DNA from: Nemertoderma westbladi
Taxonomy: Eukaryota; Animalia; Xenacoelomorpha
Length of the DNA stretch: 64,000 nt
Reading direction: 5' to 3'
Assembly: GCA_032718475.1 (NCBI GenBank)
Contig: JAUCBJ010006859.1
Coordinates: 1-64,000, forward strand
In this document: positions 53,644 to 64,000 of the stretch, in pieces
Numbering within the stretch: position 1 is the first letter of the stretch
How the letters are laid out: each line of letters opens with the position of its first letter
The notes under the pieces: generated by a model
The model's input: the letters and a program-made list of their open reading frames with translations, nothing else
What the model was told of the DNA's origin: nothing
Database searches by the model: none
Position numbers and translations under genes: made by a program

Positions 53644-53945
53644 GTTTGTGAGTCGTCATTTCTCATTTTGTCTTTATGTCCTACCGCCATCGTACAGTCG
53701 TTGTAATTCTGTAACTTACCTTATATAATAACATATTTGTGTATATATACCGGTACTGTAGTAGCGTGTACTGGTGTAGGCCATATACACGGATACATGA
53801 CCGAACGTAATCAGGATCGAATGTAACATAGTTATTACGTATCGAACGTAACCGCAATTATGTTACATTGGATCCTATAACTATGTTACATTCGATCTAC
53901 AATTTACTAATATTACTATTTATAATATTACTAATATACTATTTA

Positions 53946-55015
53946 CTATTTATACACGTTCACTCGCAAATGTGATAAGGAAATACGGACTGTCCCTACA
54001 TCTCAACGCAGATGATACTCACATATACATAACATTTAAAAAATCAAACCTGAATGATGCAGTGGATATCACTGAAAAGTGCCTTTCTGAAGTTCGAGCA
54101 TGGATGGACTCACATCTTTTAAAGATGAACTCAGATAAGACTAAAGTGGTCATGCTGCAGTCGCAATTCGGTAAACAAGTTGAATCCCCGCACGTGATAA
54201 TCGGTTCCGAGACTATTGGTTGTAGCGCAACTGCGCGTAATATCGGTGTTGAAATCGATTCTCATCTGACATTCCGTAAGCACATTGGAATTACTGTCAG
54301 AGAAGCTTTCTATCACCTCAGGAATCTTGGAAAAATTAAGCGCTATTTATCCAAAGACAATCTTGAGATTTTGATTCATGCGCTTGTCACAAGTAAATTG
54401 GACAACTGCAACTCCCTTTATTACGGTCTTCCGACTGATTCCATTAAAAAGCTACAATATGTGCAGAACTGTGCGGCGCGTCTTTTAGTTGGTCTCAAGA
54501 AAGGTGACAGGCAACGAATGACCCCTGTACTAATGCGACTACATTGGCTTCCAGTGCAACGTCGGATAGACTATAAAATTGCGATGATTACCTACAAGTG
54601 TCTGAATGGAACAGCACCAGTATATCTGCGAGATCTACTGTCACCCTACACGCCCTCCCGGTCACTGAGGTCGTCCCACTACGAACTGCTGATGATCCCT
54701 AGATTCAACATGGTGCACTACGGCAAGCGCGCTTTCTCAGTTGCTGCCCCGACTATTTGGAACAAACTGCCAATCAACGTTCGACAATCACCAACCATCG
54801 CGGTTTTTAAGTCGAGGCTAAAAACACACTATTTCCACCTGGAGTACGAGTAAATCTGCATAATCATATTCACACGATGTTATCAATGTCCGTTTTTAAT
54901 TAAACTGTTTTTATCTAATTTTTTAGCAATCCTACATTTTAACAGTGCCATGCGCCTTGCTCTTAATTTAGGAAAGGCGCTATATAAATATTTTAATTAT
55001 TATTATTATTATTAC
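53946..55015 (+). mobile_element. 5'-truncated L2-clade LINE in STT3A intron 1
   Basis: The ORF at 53972-54853 has the RT C-terminal half (HLNADDT, SKLDNCNSLYYG, LQYVQNCAARL, LHWLPV..RIDYK, RAFSVAAPTIWNKLP). The 3' UTR carries a GCGCCTT/AAGGCGC stem followed by TATATAAAT and a (TTA)n tail, as in L2 elements. Confidence 0.88.
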
Positions 55016-55289
55016 TAAGCCCGAATGTAACATGCCATTTAAAGGAGCAGGTTACAGATACGTGTTGGGGGAACCAAAACAATAAACGAAAGTTAACACA
55101 TGTTACACGATTATGCAGGTTACTTTTATTTAAAGGCAGAAAGGAGCAGGTTACAGAGGCGTGTTGGCGTACATCTATCAATACTTAAACAGTGATTAGC
55201 TTCTACTAAGTCTGAAACTTACTTTCAGTTTCTGTAGTCTAGTATAGACCTAACTCATATAACAGTCTAAAAATCATTATATATTTTAG

Positions 55290-56642
55290 CCTCAACATTA
55301 CAATCGACATCCGTAACGTATGTGTCTTCCTGGCCCCCCTCTTCTCCTCACTAACTAGCATCGTCACCTACCATCTCACCAAAGAGCTCTGGTCCACAGG
55401 GGCTGGCCTCGTCGCTGCTAGTCTCATTGCTATCGTCCCTGGTTACATATCCCGTTCGGTGGCTGGAAGTTACGACAACGAAGGAATCGCCATCTTCTGC
55501 ATGCTCCTCACCTACACATTGTGGATAAAGGCTGTTAAACGTGGCAGCGTTGCCTGGGCGACCGCCTGCGCAGTCGCATACTTCTACATGGTATCATCCT
55601 GGGGAGGCTACGTCTTCCTTATCAACCTCATACCAATGCATGTATTCGCTCTCATAGTAACCGGTCGTTTCAACGTTAAGGTCTACGTTAGCTACTGCAC
55701 CGTCTATTGCCTCGGTACCGTAATGTCAATGCAGATCCCCTTCGTGGGGTTCCAGCCTATACAGAGCTCGGAGCACATGGCCGCCTTCGGGGTCTTTGGA
55801 CTCTGTCAGATAGTCGGTTTCTACCAGTACGCCGCGAGCAAGTTGTCCAAAGAAGAGTTGAATCTCTTGTCGCGGTTCGTTATCTCGGCGACGGTGGTGG
55901 TCTCGTTGGTTGTCGCCATGGCTCTGCAACTCTCCGGTAAGATCGCGCCCTGGACCGGTCGCTTCTACAGTTTGCTGGATCCCAGTTACGCCAAGAACAA
56001 CATCCCCATCATCGCGTCCGTCTCCGAGCATCAACCGACCGCCTGGAGTTCCTTCTACTTCGATCTGCAACTCCTCGTCTTTATGTTCCCCGTTGGCCTC
56101 TACCACTGCTTCGCTAACCTCACCACCGAGAACATCTTTATCATTCTGTACGGCGTCACTAGCATTTACTTCGCCGGCGTTATGGTTCGATTGATGTTGG
56201 TTCTAGCGCCGGTTATGTGCATCCTTGCGAGCATAGGTCTCAACAAAACGATGACGTCCTTTATGAAGAACTTGGAATCGACGAATAAGGAAACCCCGCA
56301 GCCGAAGAAACGAGCCGACAACTCGTACTCCGTTAAGAACGAGGTCGCCATGGCTGTGGTCGCGATGATCACGCTGTTCCTGACCACCTACGTGTTCCAC
56401 TGCACCTGGGTGACCAGCGAGGCCTACAGCAGTCCGTCCATCGTGCTGGCGGCTAGGGGCGGCAGCGATGGAAGTCGGATGATATTCGACGACTTCAGGG
56501 AGGCCTACTACTGGATGCGGCAGAACACCGAGGAAGACGCGAAGATAATGTCCTGGTGGGATTACGGATATCAGATAACCGCGATGGCTAACCGAACCAT
56601 ACTAGTCGACAATAACACCTGGAACAACACTCACATATCGAG
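55290..56642 (+). CDS. STT3A: STT3A coding exon 2
   Basis: Acceptor ATTTTAG|C, then [20 protein letters not shown]...[11 protein letters not shown]...SVSEHQPT...WWDYGYQI...[11 protein letters not shown]. Donor AG|GTTATT. Confidence 0.95.
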
Positions 56643-56833
56643 GTTATTATTACATTGTACACACCTTATATATTAATGTTAAGAAATTTACTATTCGCAA
56701 CAATAAACTCAGTTCAGTTACCATCGTTTTAAAAAAAAACCAATTGCGAGAAAAATTGCGGTACCCTGTGATATTATTTGGATACCGGAACGTTTTATTG
56801 GTATACTTCATCGTGATTCCTCTTGTTTTACAG

Positions 56834-57281
56834 AGTCGGCCAAGCGATGTCTTCCACTGAGGATAAAGCCTACGAGATAATGCAGGAGCTGGACGTTGAC
56901 TACGTGCTCGTAATATTCGGCGGCATGGTCGGCTACTCCTCCGACGACATCAACAAGTTCCTCTGGATGGTCCGGATCGGCGGCTCCACAGACAGGGGGA
57001 CCCACATACACGAGAAGGATTACTACACCCCCAGCGGCGAGTTCCGAGTCGACAGAGAGGGCTCCCCCACCCTCCTCAACTGTCTCATGTACAAACTCTG
57101 CTACTACAAGTTCGGTAACGTCTACACCGACGCCAACAAACCGATGGGTTACGATAGAGTTCGCAACGTCGAGATCGGTAACAAAGACTTCGAGTTGGAT
57201 GTACTGGAGGAGGCCTACACCACTCAGCATTGGTTGGTGCGGATATACAAGGTGAAACCGATGTCTAATCGGGGTATATAG
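56834..57281 (+). CDS. STT3A: STT3A coding exon 3 (terminal)
   Basis: Acceptor TTGTTTTACAG|A, then VGQAMSS...[19 protein letters not shown]...[20 protein letters not shown]. The RIGGSTD segment is STT3A-type rather than STT3B-type. Spliced CDS is 2130 nt, 709 aa. Confidence 0.93.
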
Positions 57282-58429
57282 AGGGTCCCCCTGGGGTTGT
57301 ATTACTTGAGTTTATTTATTGAGGTGGAGTTGAGACAAGGTGCCGGGTATAGGAATCGGTTGAGTGGCTCGATCCAGTCCATCGTTATGTCTTCACAGAC
57401 TTTGGCGGATGCTTTTAGCGACTAAATTATTGTTTGTCTATATATTTATATACAAAGACTCGATAAAAATAATGAAATAAGATGATTAGGGACGGGTTGA
57501 TAATTTTTTATATCATTGCCAGGTGATTTTTATAATAACATCAGTGCCGGTGGTCCAATACACTATTATATTCTGTAAACCTGCAAACTGCAAGTCTAAA
57601 CATCGGAATATAAGTTTATTAATCCAAATCGGTGTAGTAATTATGATTAATTATTATCCTAATTGTTTAGGTGAAGGAAATAAAGACATAAATGGTTAAT
57701 AGGTGCACATTATTTAACACCTATTTATACACAACACGTGAAATTAATTGTTTTACATTCTTTATTTTGGTTTCTATCAGGTATTGTGACCATTTGGTTT
57801 TGGATCTCTCAGTTAACTCGAACATCCACCAACACCAGTTAGGTGATAACATACAGTGAGGCTATGTATTTTCAATATCAATAGTAATATTTTTGGGGAC
57901 ATAATATATTACGTGCTAAACTTATTTTCGTTACTGGTTTATAGCTAACTATTTATTTTCTCCAGGTTATAGGTGTACGATACCAGTGTTGCTCGAGTTT
58001 GTGCAGTTTATATCAAACAAACCTTGTATAGTAAACAACTTGCATACAAAATGTGAATTAATACATTCCTGCGGTTTTCGGTGTCAGCTTAATCTTAAAG
58101 CTAATCTATAATCAACGATATTAGTTTCAATGATGGGAAGGCCCACTTTGAGAAGCTCCAAAACGATGGCAGTGTATTGAATGATAACGTAGTGTGATAC
58201 ATCCTGTGTGTGTCTGAGTATCTAGGAAGTACTCCATACTCACAGACACAGATATACACAGAGAGACATACATAGCTCCTTTGCCAAAGTCTAGATTGAT
58301 GCAAAGAGAATGAAGCATCAGCATCAAGCAAACAGCATACCGATAGATAGAGCCAGTAAATATCAGTCGGCTTCTTCAAGACATACTCTAAAGATCAGCC
58401 CCCAGCGGCAAATTTCACAAAAAGGGAAC

Positions 58430-60393
58430 CCCAAAATTCAAGAAAAAAAGGGGGAAAGGAGCCACAAATGTTAAAATAAAGGGGAAAAGGGAACCACAAC
58501 AGATAAATTAAAGGGGAAAAAGGAACCACAAAAGATAAAATAAAGGGGAAAAAGGAACCACAAAAGATAAAATAAAGGGGAAAAAGGAACCACAAAAGAT
58601 AAAATAAAGGGGAAAAAGGAACCACAAAAGATAAAATAAAGGGGAAAAAGGAGCCACAAAAAGATAAAATAAAGGGGAAAAAGGAACCACAAAAGATAAA
58701 ATAAAGGGGAAAAAGGAACCCCAAAAGATAAAATAAAGGGGAAAAAGGAGCCACAAAAGATAAAATAAAGGGGAAAAAGGAACCACAAAAGATAAAATAA
58801 AGGGGAAAAAGGAACCACAAAAGATAAAATAGAGGGGAAAAAGGAACCCCAAAAGATAAAATAAAGGGGAAAAAGGAACCACAAAAGATAAAATAAAGGG
58901 GAAAAGGAACCACAAAAGATAAAATAAAGGGGAAAAAGGAACCACAAAAGATAAAATAAAGGGGAAAAAGGAACCACAAAAGATAAAATAAAGGGGAAAA
59001 AGGAACCCCAAAAGATAAAATAAAGGGGAAAAAGGAACCACAAAAGATAAAATAAAGGGGAAAAAGAAACCACAAAAGATAAAATAAAGGGGAAAAGGGA
59101 ACCACAAAAGATAAAAATGGGAAAAAGGAACCACAAAAGATAAAATAAAGGGGAAAAAGGAACCCCAAAAGATAAAATAAAGGAGAAAAAGGGAACCACA
59201 AAATATAAAATAAAGGGGAAAAAGGAACCACAAAAGATAAAATAAAGGGGAAAAGGGAACCACAAAAGATAAAATAAAGGAGAAAAGGGAACCACAAAAG
59301 ATAAAATAAAGGGGAAAAAGGAACCACAAAAGATAAAAATAAAGGAGAAAAAGGAACCCCAAAAGATAAAATAAAGGGGAAAAAGGAACCACAAAAGATA
59401 AAATAAAGGGGAAAAAGGAACCACAAAAGATAAAATAAAGGGGAAAAAGGAACCACAAAAGATAAAATAAATGGGAAAAAGGAACCCCAAAAGATAAAAT
59501 AAAGGGGAAAAAGGAACCACAAAAGATAAAATAAAGGGGAAAAAGGAACCACAAAAGATAAAATAAAGGGGAAAAAGGAACCACAAAAGATAAAATAAAG
59601 GGGAAAAAGGAACCACAAAAGATAAAATAAATGGGAAAAAGGAACCCCAAAAGATAAAATAAAGGGGAAAAAGGAACCACAAAAGATAAAATAAAGGTGA
59701 AAAAGGAACCACAAAAGATAAAATAAAGGGGAAAAAGAAACCCCAAAAGATAAAATAAAGGGGAAAAAGGAACCCCAAAAGATAAAATAAAGGGGAAAAA
59801 GGAACCCCAAAAGATAAAATAAAGGGGAAAAAGGAACCCCAAAAGATAAAATAAAGGGGAAAAAGGAACCCCAAAAGATAAAATGAAGGGGAAAAAGGAA
59901 CCACAAAAGATTAAATAAAGGGGAAAAAGGAACCCCAAAAGATAAAATAAAGGGGAAAAAGGAACCCCAAAAGATAAAATAAAGGGGAAAAAGGAACCCC
60001 AAAAGATAAAATAAAGGGGAAAAAGGAACCACAAAAGATAAAATAAAGGGGAAAAAGGAACCACAAAAGATAAAATAAAGGGGAAAAAGGAACCACAAAA
60101 GATAAAATAAAGGGGAAAAAGGAACCACAAAAGATAAAATAAAGGGGAAAAAGGAACCCCAAAAGATAAAATAAAGGGGAAAAAGGAACCCCAAAAGATA
60201 AAATAAAGGGGAAAAAGGAACCCCAAAAGATAAAATAAAGGGGAAAAAGGAACCCCAAAAGATAAAATAAAGGGGAAAAAGGAACCCCAAAAGATAAAAT
60301 AAAGGGGAAAAAGGAACCACAAAAGATAAAATAAAGGGGAAAAAGGAACCCCAAAAGATAAAATAAAGGGGAAAAAGGAACCACAAAAGATAA
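58430..60393. repeat. 32-bp purine-rich minisatellite, about 60 copies
   Basis: Unit GGAACC(A/C)CAAAAGATAAAATAAAGGGGAAAAA. Confidence 0.97.
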
Positions 60394-61312
60394 AAAGAGA
60401 TAAAGAGTTGCTTCCCTCATTTTTCAGTAATTTTATGGATTACCTACCAAATAGTTTACATAGAGGTCTCGTGGAGTTTGATAGTTAATGGATGTGATGC
60501 AGTAGTGTAGAAAGTGGAAAATAAAACCTGAAGTTTTCCATTTTTTAATGTTAGAAAATGAGAAATTTCAGCGAAGTAAAATTGAGCGCAGTGCTACAGT
60601 ATGTAGGCGGCAGCATCATATTTTAAAAATTAAAATCATTAAATTTCCTTAAGAATGTGATCTATAATGACTAGGGTTTAAAAAAATTCATGATACAGAA
60701 TATTACCCATGAAACTTTTGAATTTTTTAAATTTGTTATGAAATATAATGAATTATTTAAATTGAACAATGTATGGGGGGGGGTGGGGGGGGGTGGGTGA
60801 TGGGTACCTGGGGCGCGCCTATTTTATGAAGCGGGTAGGAAGTTTATGAAGGGCCCACATGAGTTAACAAACTTATGGTTATTGCGTACAACCATCGCCT
60901 ACAGTCGATCACTAAGACGGAGTCTTCAAAGCAAAGGGCAATTCGACAATCCTTCTGTGTTGTAGCGACGGAGGACGATGTAACCATGGGATATGACTAC
61001 GCTCTGGGTCATTTGACAGATGCTGATGACACCAGCGATGAAGAATTGGAGTTCGAGAGGTTTGAAGACTATACTGTTTAGTTTTAGTTAGTTAAAGATT
61101 GGGTTGTGACTTATTGTTATATGATTTTAATTAATATAATTATAATATTACAACTATATTATTCAAAAACCATTTTACTACTATTATTATTGCTACATTA
61201 ATACTATTATTTAAGTAACAAATATTGATGATTTTCAAGCTTACACCGATGATTATATGTAGTGGGAAGAGGTAGAAGCAAAATACAGTCTAGTAAAACA
61301 GTCAAAAATAAC

Positions 61313-62425
61313 AGTCTCCAAAATAAAATATATAAAACAGTCTAACTCCAAAATAAAATATATAAAACAGTCTAACTCCAAAATAAAATATATAAAACAG
61401 TCTAACTCCAAAATAAAATATATAAAACAGTCTAACTCCAAAATAAAATATATAAAACAGTCTAACTCCAAAATAAAATACATAAAACAGTCTAACTCCA
61501 AAATAAAATATATAAAACAGTCTAACTCCAAAATAAAATATATAAAACAGTCTAACTCCAAAATAAAATATATAAAACAGTCTAACTCCAAAATAAAATA
61601 TATAAAACAGTCTAACTCCAAAATAAAATATATAAAACAGTCTAACTCCAAAATAAAATATATAAAACAGTCTAACTCCAAAATAAAATATATAAAACAG
61701 TCTAACTCCAAAATAAAATATATGAAACAGTCTAACTCTAAAATATAATATATAAAACAGTCTAACTCTAAAATAAAATATATAAAACAGTCTAACTCCA
61801 AAATAAAATATATAAAACAGTCTAACTCCAAAATAAAATATATAAAACAGTCTAACTCCAAAATAAAATATATAAAACAGTCTAACTCCAAAGTAAAATA
61901 TATAAAACAGTCTAACTCCAAAATAAAATATATAAAACAGTCTAACTCCAAAATAAAATATATAAAACAGTCTAACTCCAAAATAAAATATATAAAACAG
62001 TCTAACTCCAAAATAAAATATATAAAACAGTCTAACTCCAAAATAAAATATATAAAACAGTCTAACTCCAAAATAAAATATATAAAACAGTCTAACTCCA
62101 AAATAAAATATATAAAACAGTCTAACTCCAAAATAAAATATATAAAACAGTCTAACTCCAAAATAAAATATATAAAACAGTCTAACTCCAAAATAAAATA
62201 TATAAAACAGTCTAACTCCAAAATAAAATACATAAAACAGTCTAACTCCAAAATAAAATATATAAAACAGTCTAACTCCAAAATAAAATATATAAAACAG
62301 TCTAACTCCAAAATAAAATATATAAAACAGTCTAACTCCAAAATAAAATATATAAAACAGTCTAACTCCAAAATAAAATATATAAAACAGTCTAACTCCA
62401 AAATAAAATATATAAAACAGTCTAA
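61313..62425. repeat. 30-bp AT-rich minisatellite, about 37 near-identical copies
   Basis: Unit AAATAAAATATATAAAACAGTCTAACTCCA. Confidence 0.97.
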
Positions 62426-62525
62426 AACTAATAAAGACTAATCGAATAAGTGACGAAAGTTATGAGTCGCTGAATACTCTGATTGGAATACATTTCATGA
62501 ACCTTCATTTCATGAAGGCAACTTG

Positions 62526-62966
62526 GGAAACAGATTGGAATGGTTTACTGTGGAAGATCACCCGTGGTGGTGAACAGGCATTCCTTTAGGAAACAGATTG
62601 AATGGTTTACTGTGGAAGATCACCCATGGTGGTGAACAGGCATTCCTTTAGGAAACAGAGCGGAAGGGTTTACTGTGGAAGATCACCCGTGGTGGTGAAC
62701 AGGCATTCCTTTAGGAAACAGATTGGAATGGTTTACTGTGGAAGATCACCCATGGTGGTGAACAGGCATTCCTTTAGGAAGCAGAGTGGAAGGGTTTACT
62801 GTGGAAGATCACCCATGGTGGTGAACAGGCATTCCTTTAGGAAACAGAGTGGAAGGGTTTACTGTGGAAGATCACCCATGGTGGTGAACAGGCATTCCTT
62901 TGGGAGACAGAATGGAAGAAGGGTTTACTGTGGAAGATCACCCATGGTGGTGAACAGGCATTCCTT
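62526..62966. repeat. 63-bp minisatellite, about 7 copies
   Basis: Unit GGAAACAGA(TT/GT)GGAA(T/G)GGTTTACTGTGGAAGATCACCC(A/G)TGGTGGTGAACAGGCATTCCTTTA. Confidence 0.93.
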
Positions 62967-63260
62967 GGCTTAACGAGTCTAAAAGATTCTCCCATTCATT
63001 AATTTCATGAAATTCGTGAATTTGAATTGCGAATTAGTTTTGGGTCACCTCTCACCTCTTTTTTCCTCAATTGAGGAGACAGACAGACAGACAGACAGAC
63101 AATTATTGTAAAACGATGCAAAATACTACATATACAACATCAAAAAGTAAATAATTTCACATAAACAATGATATATTAATATTGCAATAATTTTGACATT
63201 CAAATTGTAAACATTAAACTAAATAATATCCTCACGTTCGTTCTGTACCAAGGCGAAGTC

Positions 63261-63380
63261 TAGGTACAAAGTGTACTATACTGTACTATACAAAATGTAC
63301 TGTACTCTAGTGTACGAAGTATAGGTACAAAGTGTACTATACTGTACTATACAAAATGTACTGTACTCTAGTGTACGAAG
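63261..63380. repeat. 61-bp tandem duplication (2 copies)
   Basis: TAGGTACAAAGTGTACTATACTGTACTATACAAAATGTACTGTACTCTAGTGTACGAAG starts at 63261 and again at 63322. Confidence 0.9.
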
Positions 63381-64000
63381 GCTAGTTTTGCTATCAGAGC
63401 TTTATTGTCAGTCTCTCTCAGTGGCAGTAATAAAATATTTCTGCAGTATACTTGATAAACAACCGCGACCTCTATACTAACAGCAGAACTGTTGAACAGA
63501 CCAATACCCGTTAATATCCTTCTGTCAACCTAATGAGCTCTCGCCTAACCAATAAGACACAAAGAATGCTCTACTGTTAAGTAAAGGGGATCAGGAGCGT
63601 GATATTACTAAATTGTAAAGGTGGCTAAATACAAAACCGCTACTTACCGTTGGATGGCGCTAATCTGCCGTCCGCTAATATATTTTACTAATTTTACACA
63701 ACTCCTGCAAAATCGCTTGTTCCTTTCTCTACCGATCGCTCGATAGAGAGCTAACTGTTCGAATCTATGAGCCACGCGGGAATAACCAAAACAATAAACC
63801 CGAGTCGGCTCCCTAAGCTTACTTAAGACGAGTGCGAGAGGCCTTGCACTCAGAGTATTCTTACGCCTAATTCTATCACTATTAAAACACGCTATTGTCT
63901 ACGTCTTTCTAATCGCGAATACTGGAGGTTCCCTAACGTAATGTGTGAATGCGAGAATATTTAAAATAATCAAAATGATACAGTAATTGTTTTTACGTGG

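Noticed and set aside
55707-57230. Alternative-frame and antisense ORFs over STT3A
   Set aside because: These are shadows of GC3-rich STT3A codon usage. None resembles EFL1 or another known protein.
58395-60420. Long hydrophobic ORFs of 663, 604, 477 and 169 aa
   Set aside because: These are translations of the T-rich strand of the 32-bp minisatellite. The strand is open in all three frames simply because it lacks stop codons.
60875-61081. 68-aa ORF with an acidic tail
   Set aside because: It looks mildly coding, possibly a TE gene's last exon, but has no recognisable motif or linked exons.
61253-62401. 382-aa (LELDCFIYFI)n ORF
   Set aside because: Translation of the 30-bp minisatellite, with no evidence of coding constraint.
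62602-62973. 123-aa ORF with a 21-aa repeat
   Set aside because: By-product of the 63-bp minisatellite; no domain or splice context.
63648-63790. Possible minus-strand exon ending at a GTAAGT donor near 63647
   Set aside because: The translation shows no EFL1 similarity and no clear acceptor, so it cannot be assigned.

Overview
This is an AT-rich eukaryotic (animal-like, spliceosomal-intron) window, not prokaryotic. Three host genes are recognisable: an intronless RPS19BP1/AROS-like ORF (2480-2980, -), the last three coding exons of EFL1 (60S-maturation GTPase; 49788-49956, 49228-49412, 12456-12644, -) and a complete 3-exon STT3A (53315-57281, +). The dominant feature is a ~36.2-kb array of about 700 copies of a 52-bp unit (13034-49232) that fills the last coding intron of EFL1. 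The array starts exactly at the real splice donor. On the sense strand almost every unit repeats that donor (GGGAG|GTAAGT) and can be parsed as a 25-nt GT..AG segment plus a 27-nt, stop-free, phase-0 microexon-like segment. I found no further upstream EFL1 exon in the window, so STT3A probably lies antisense inside an EFL1 intron. The rest is RTE, L2 and CR1-type LINE relics, several non-autonomous TIR elements (piggyBac-like, MULE-like with a 9-bp TSD, others) and three more minisatellites (32, 30 and 63 bp). Gene and TE family calls come from my recall of family motifs; no database search was run.
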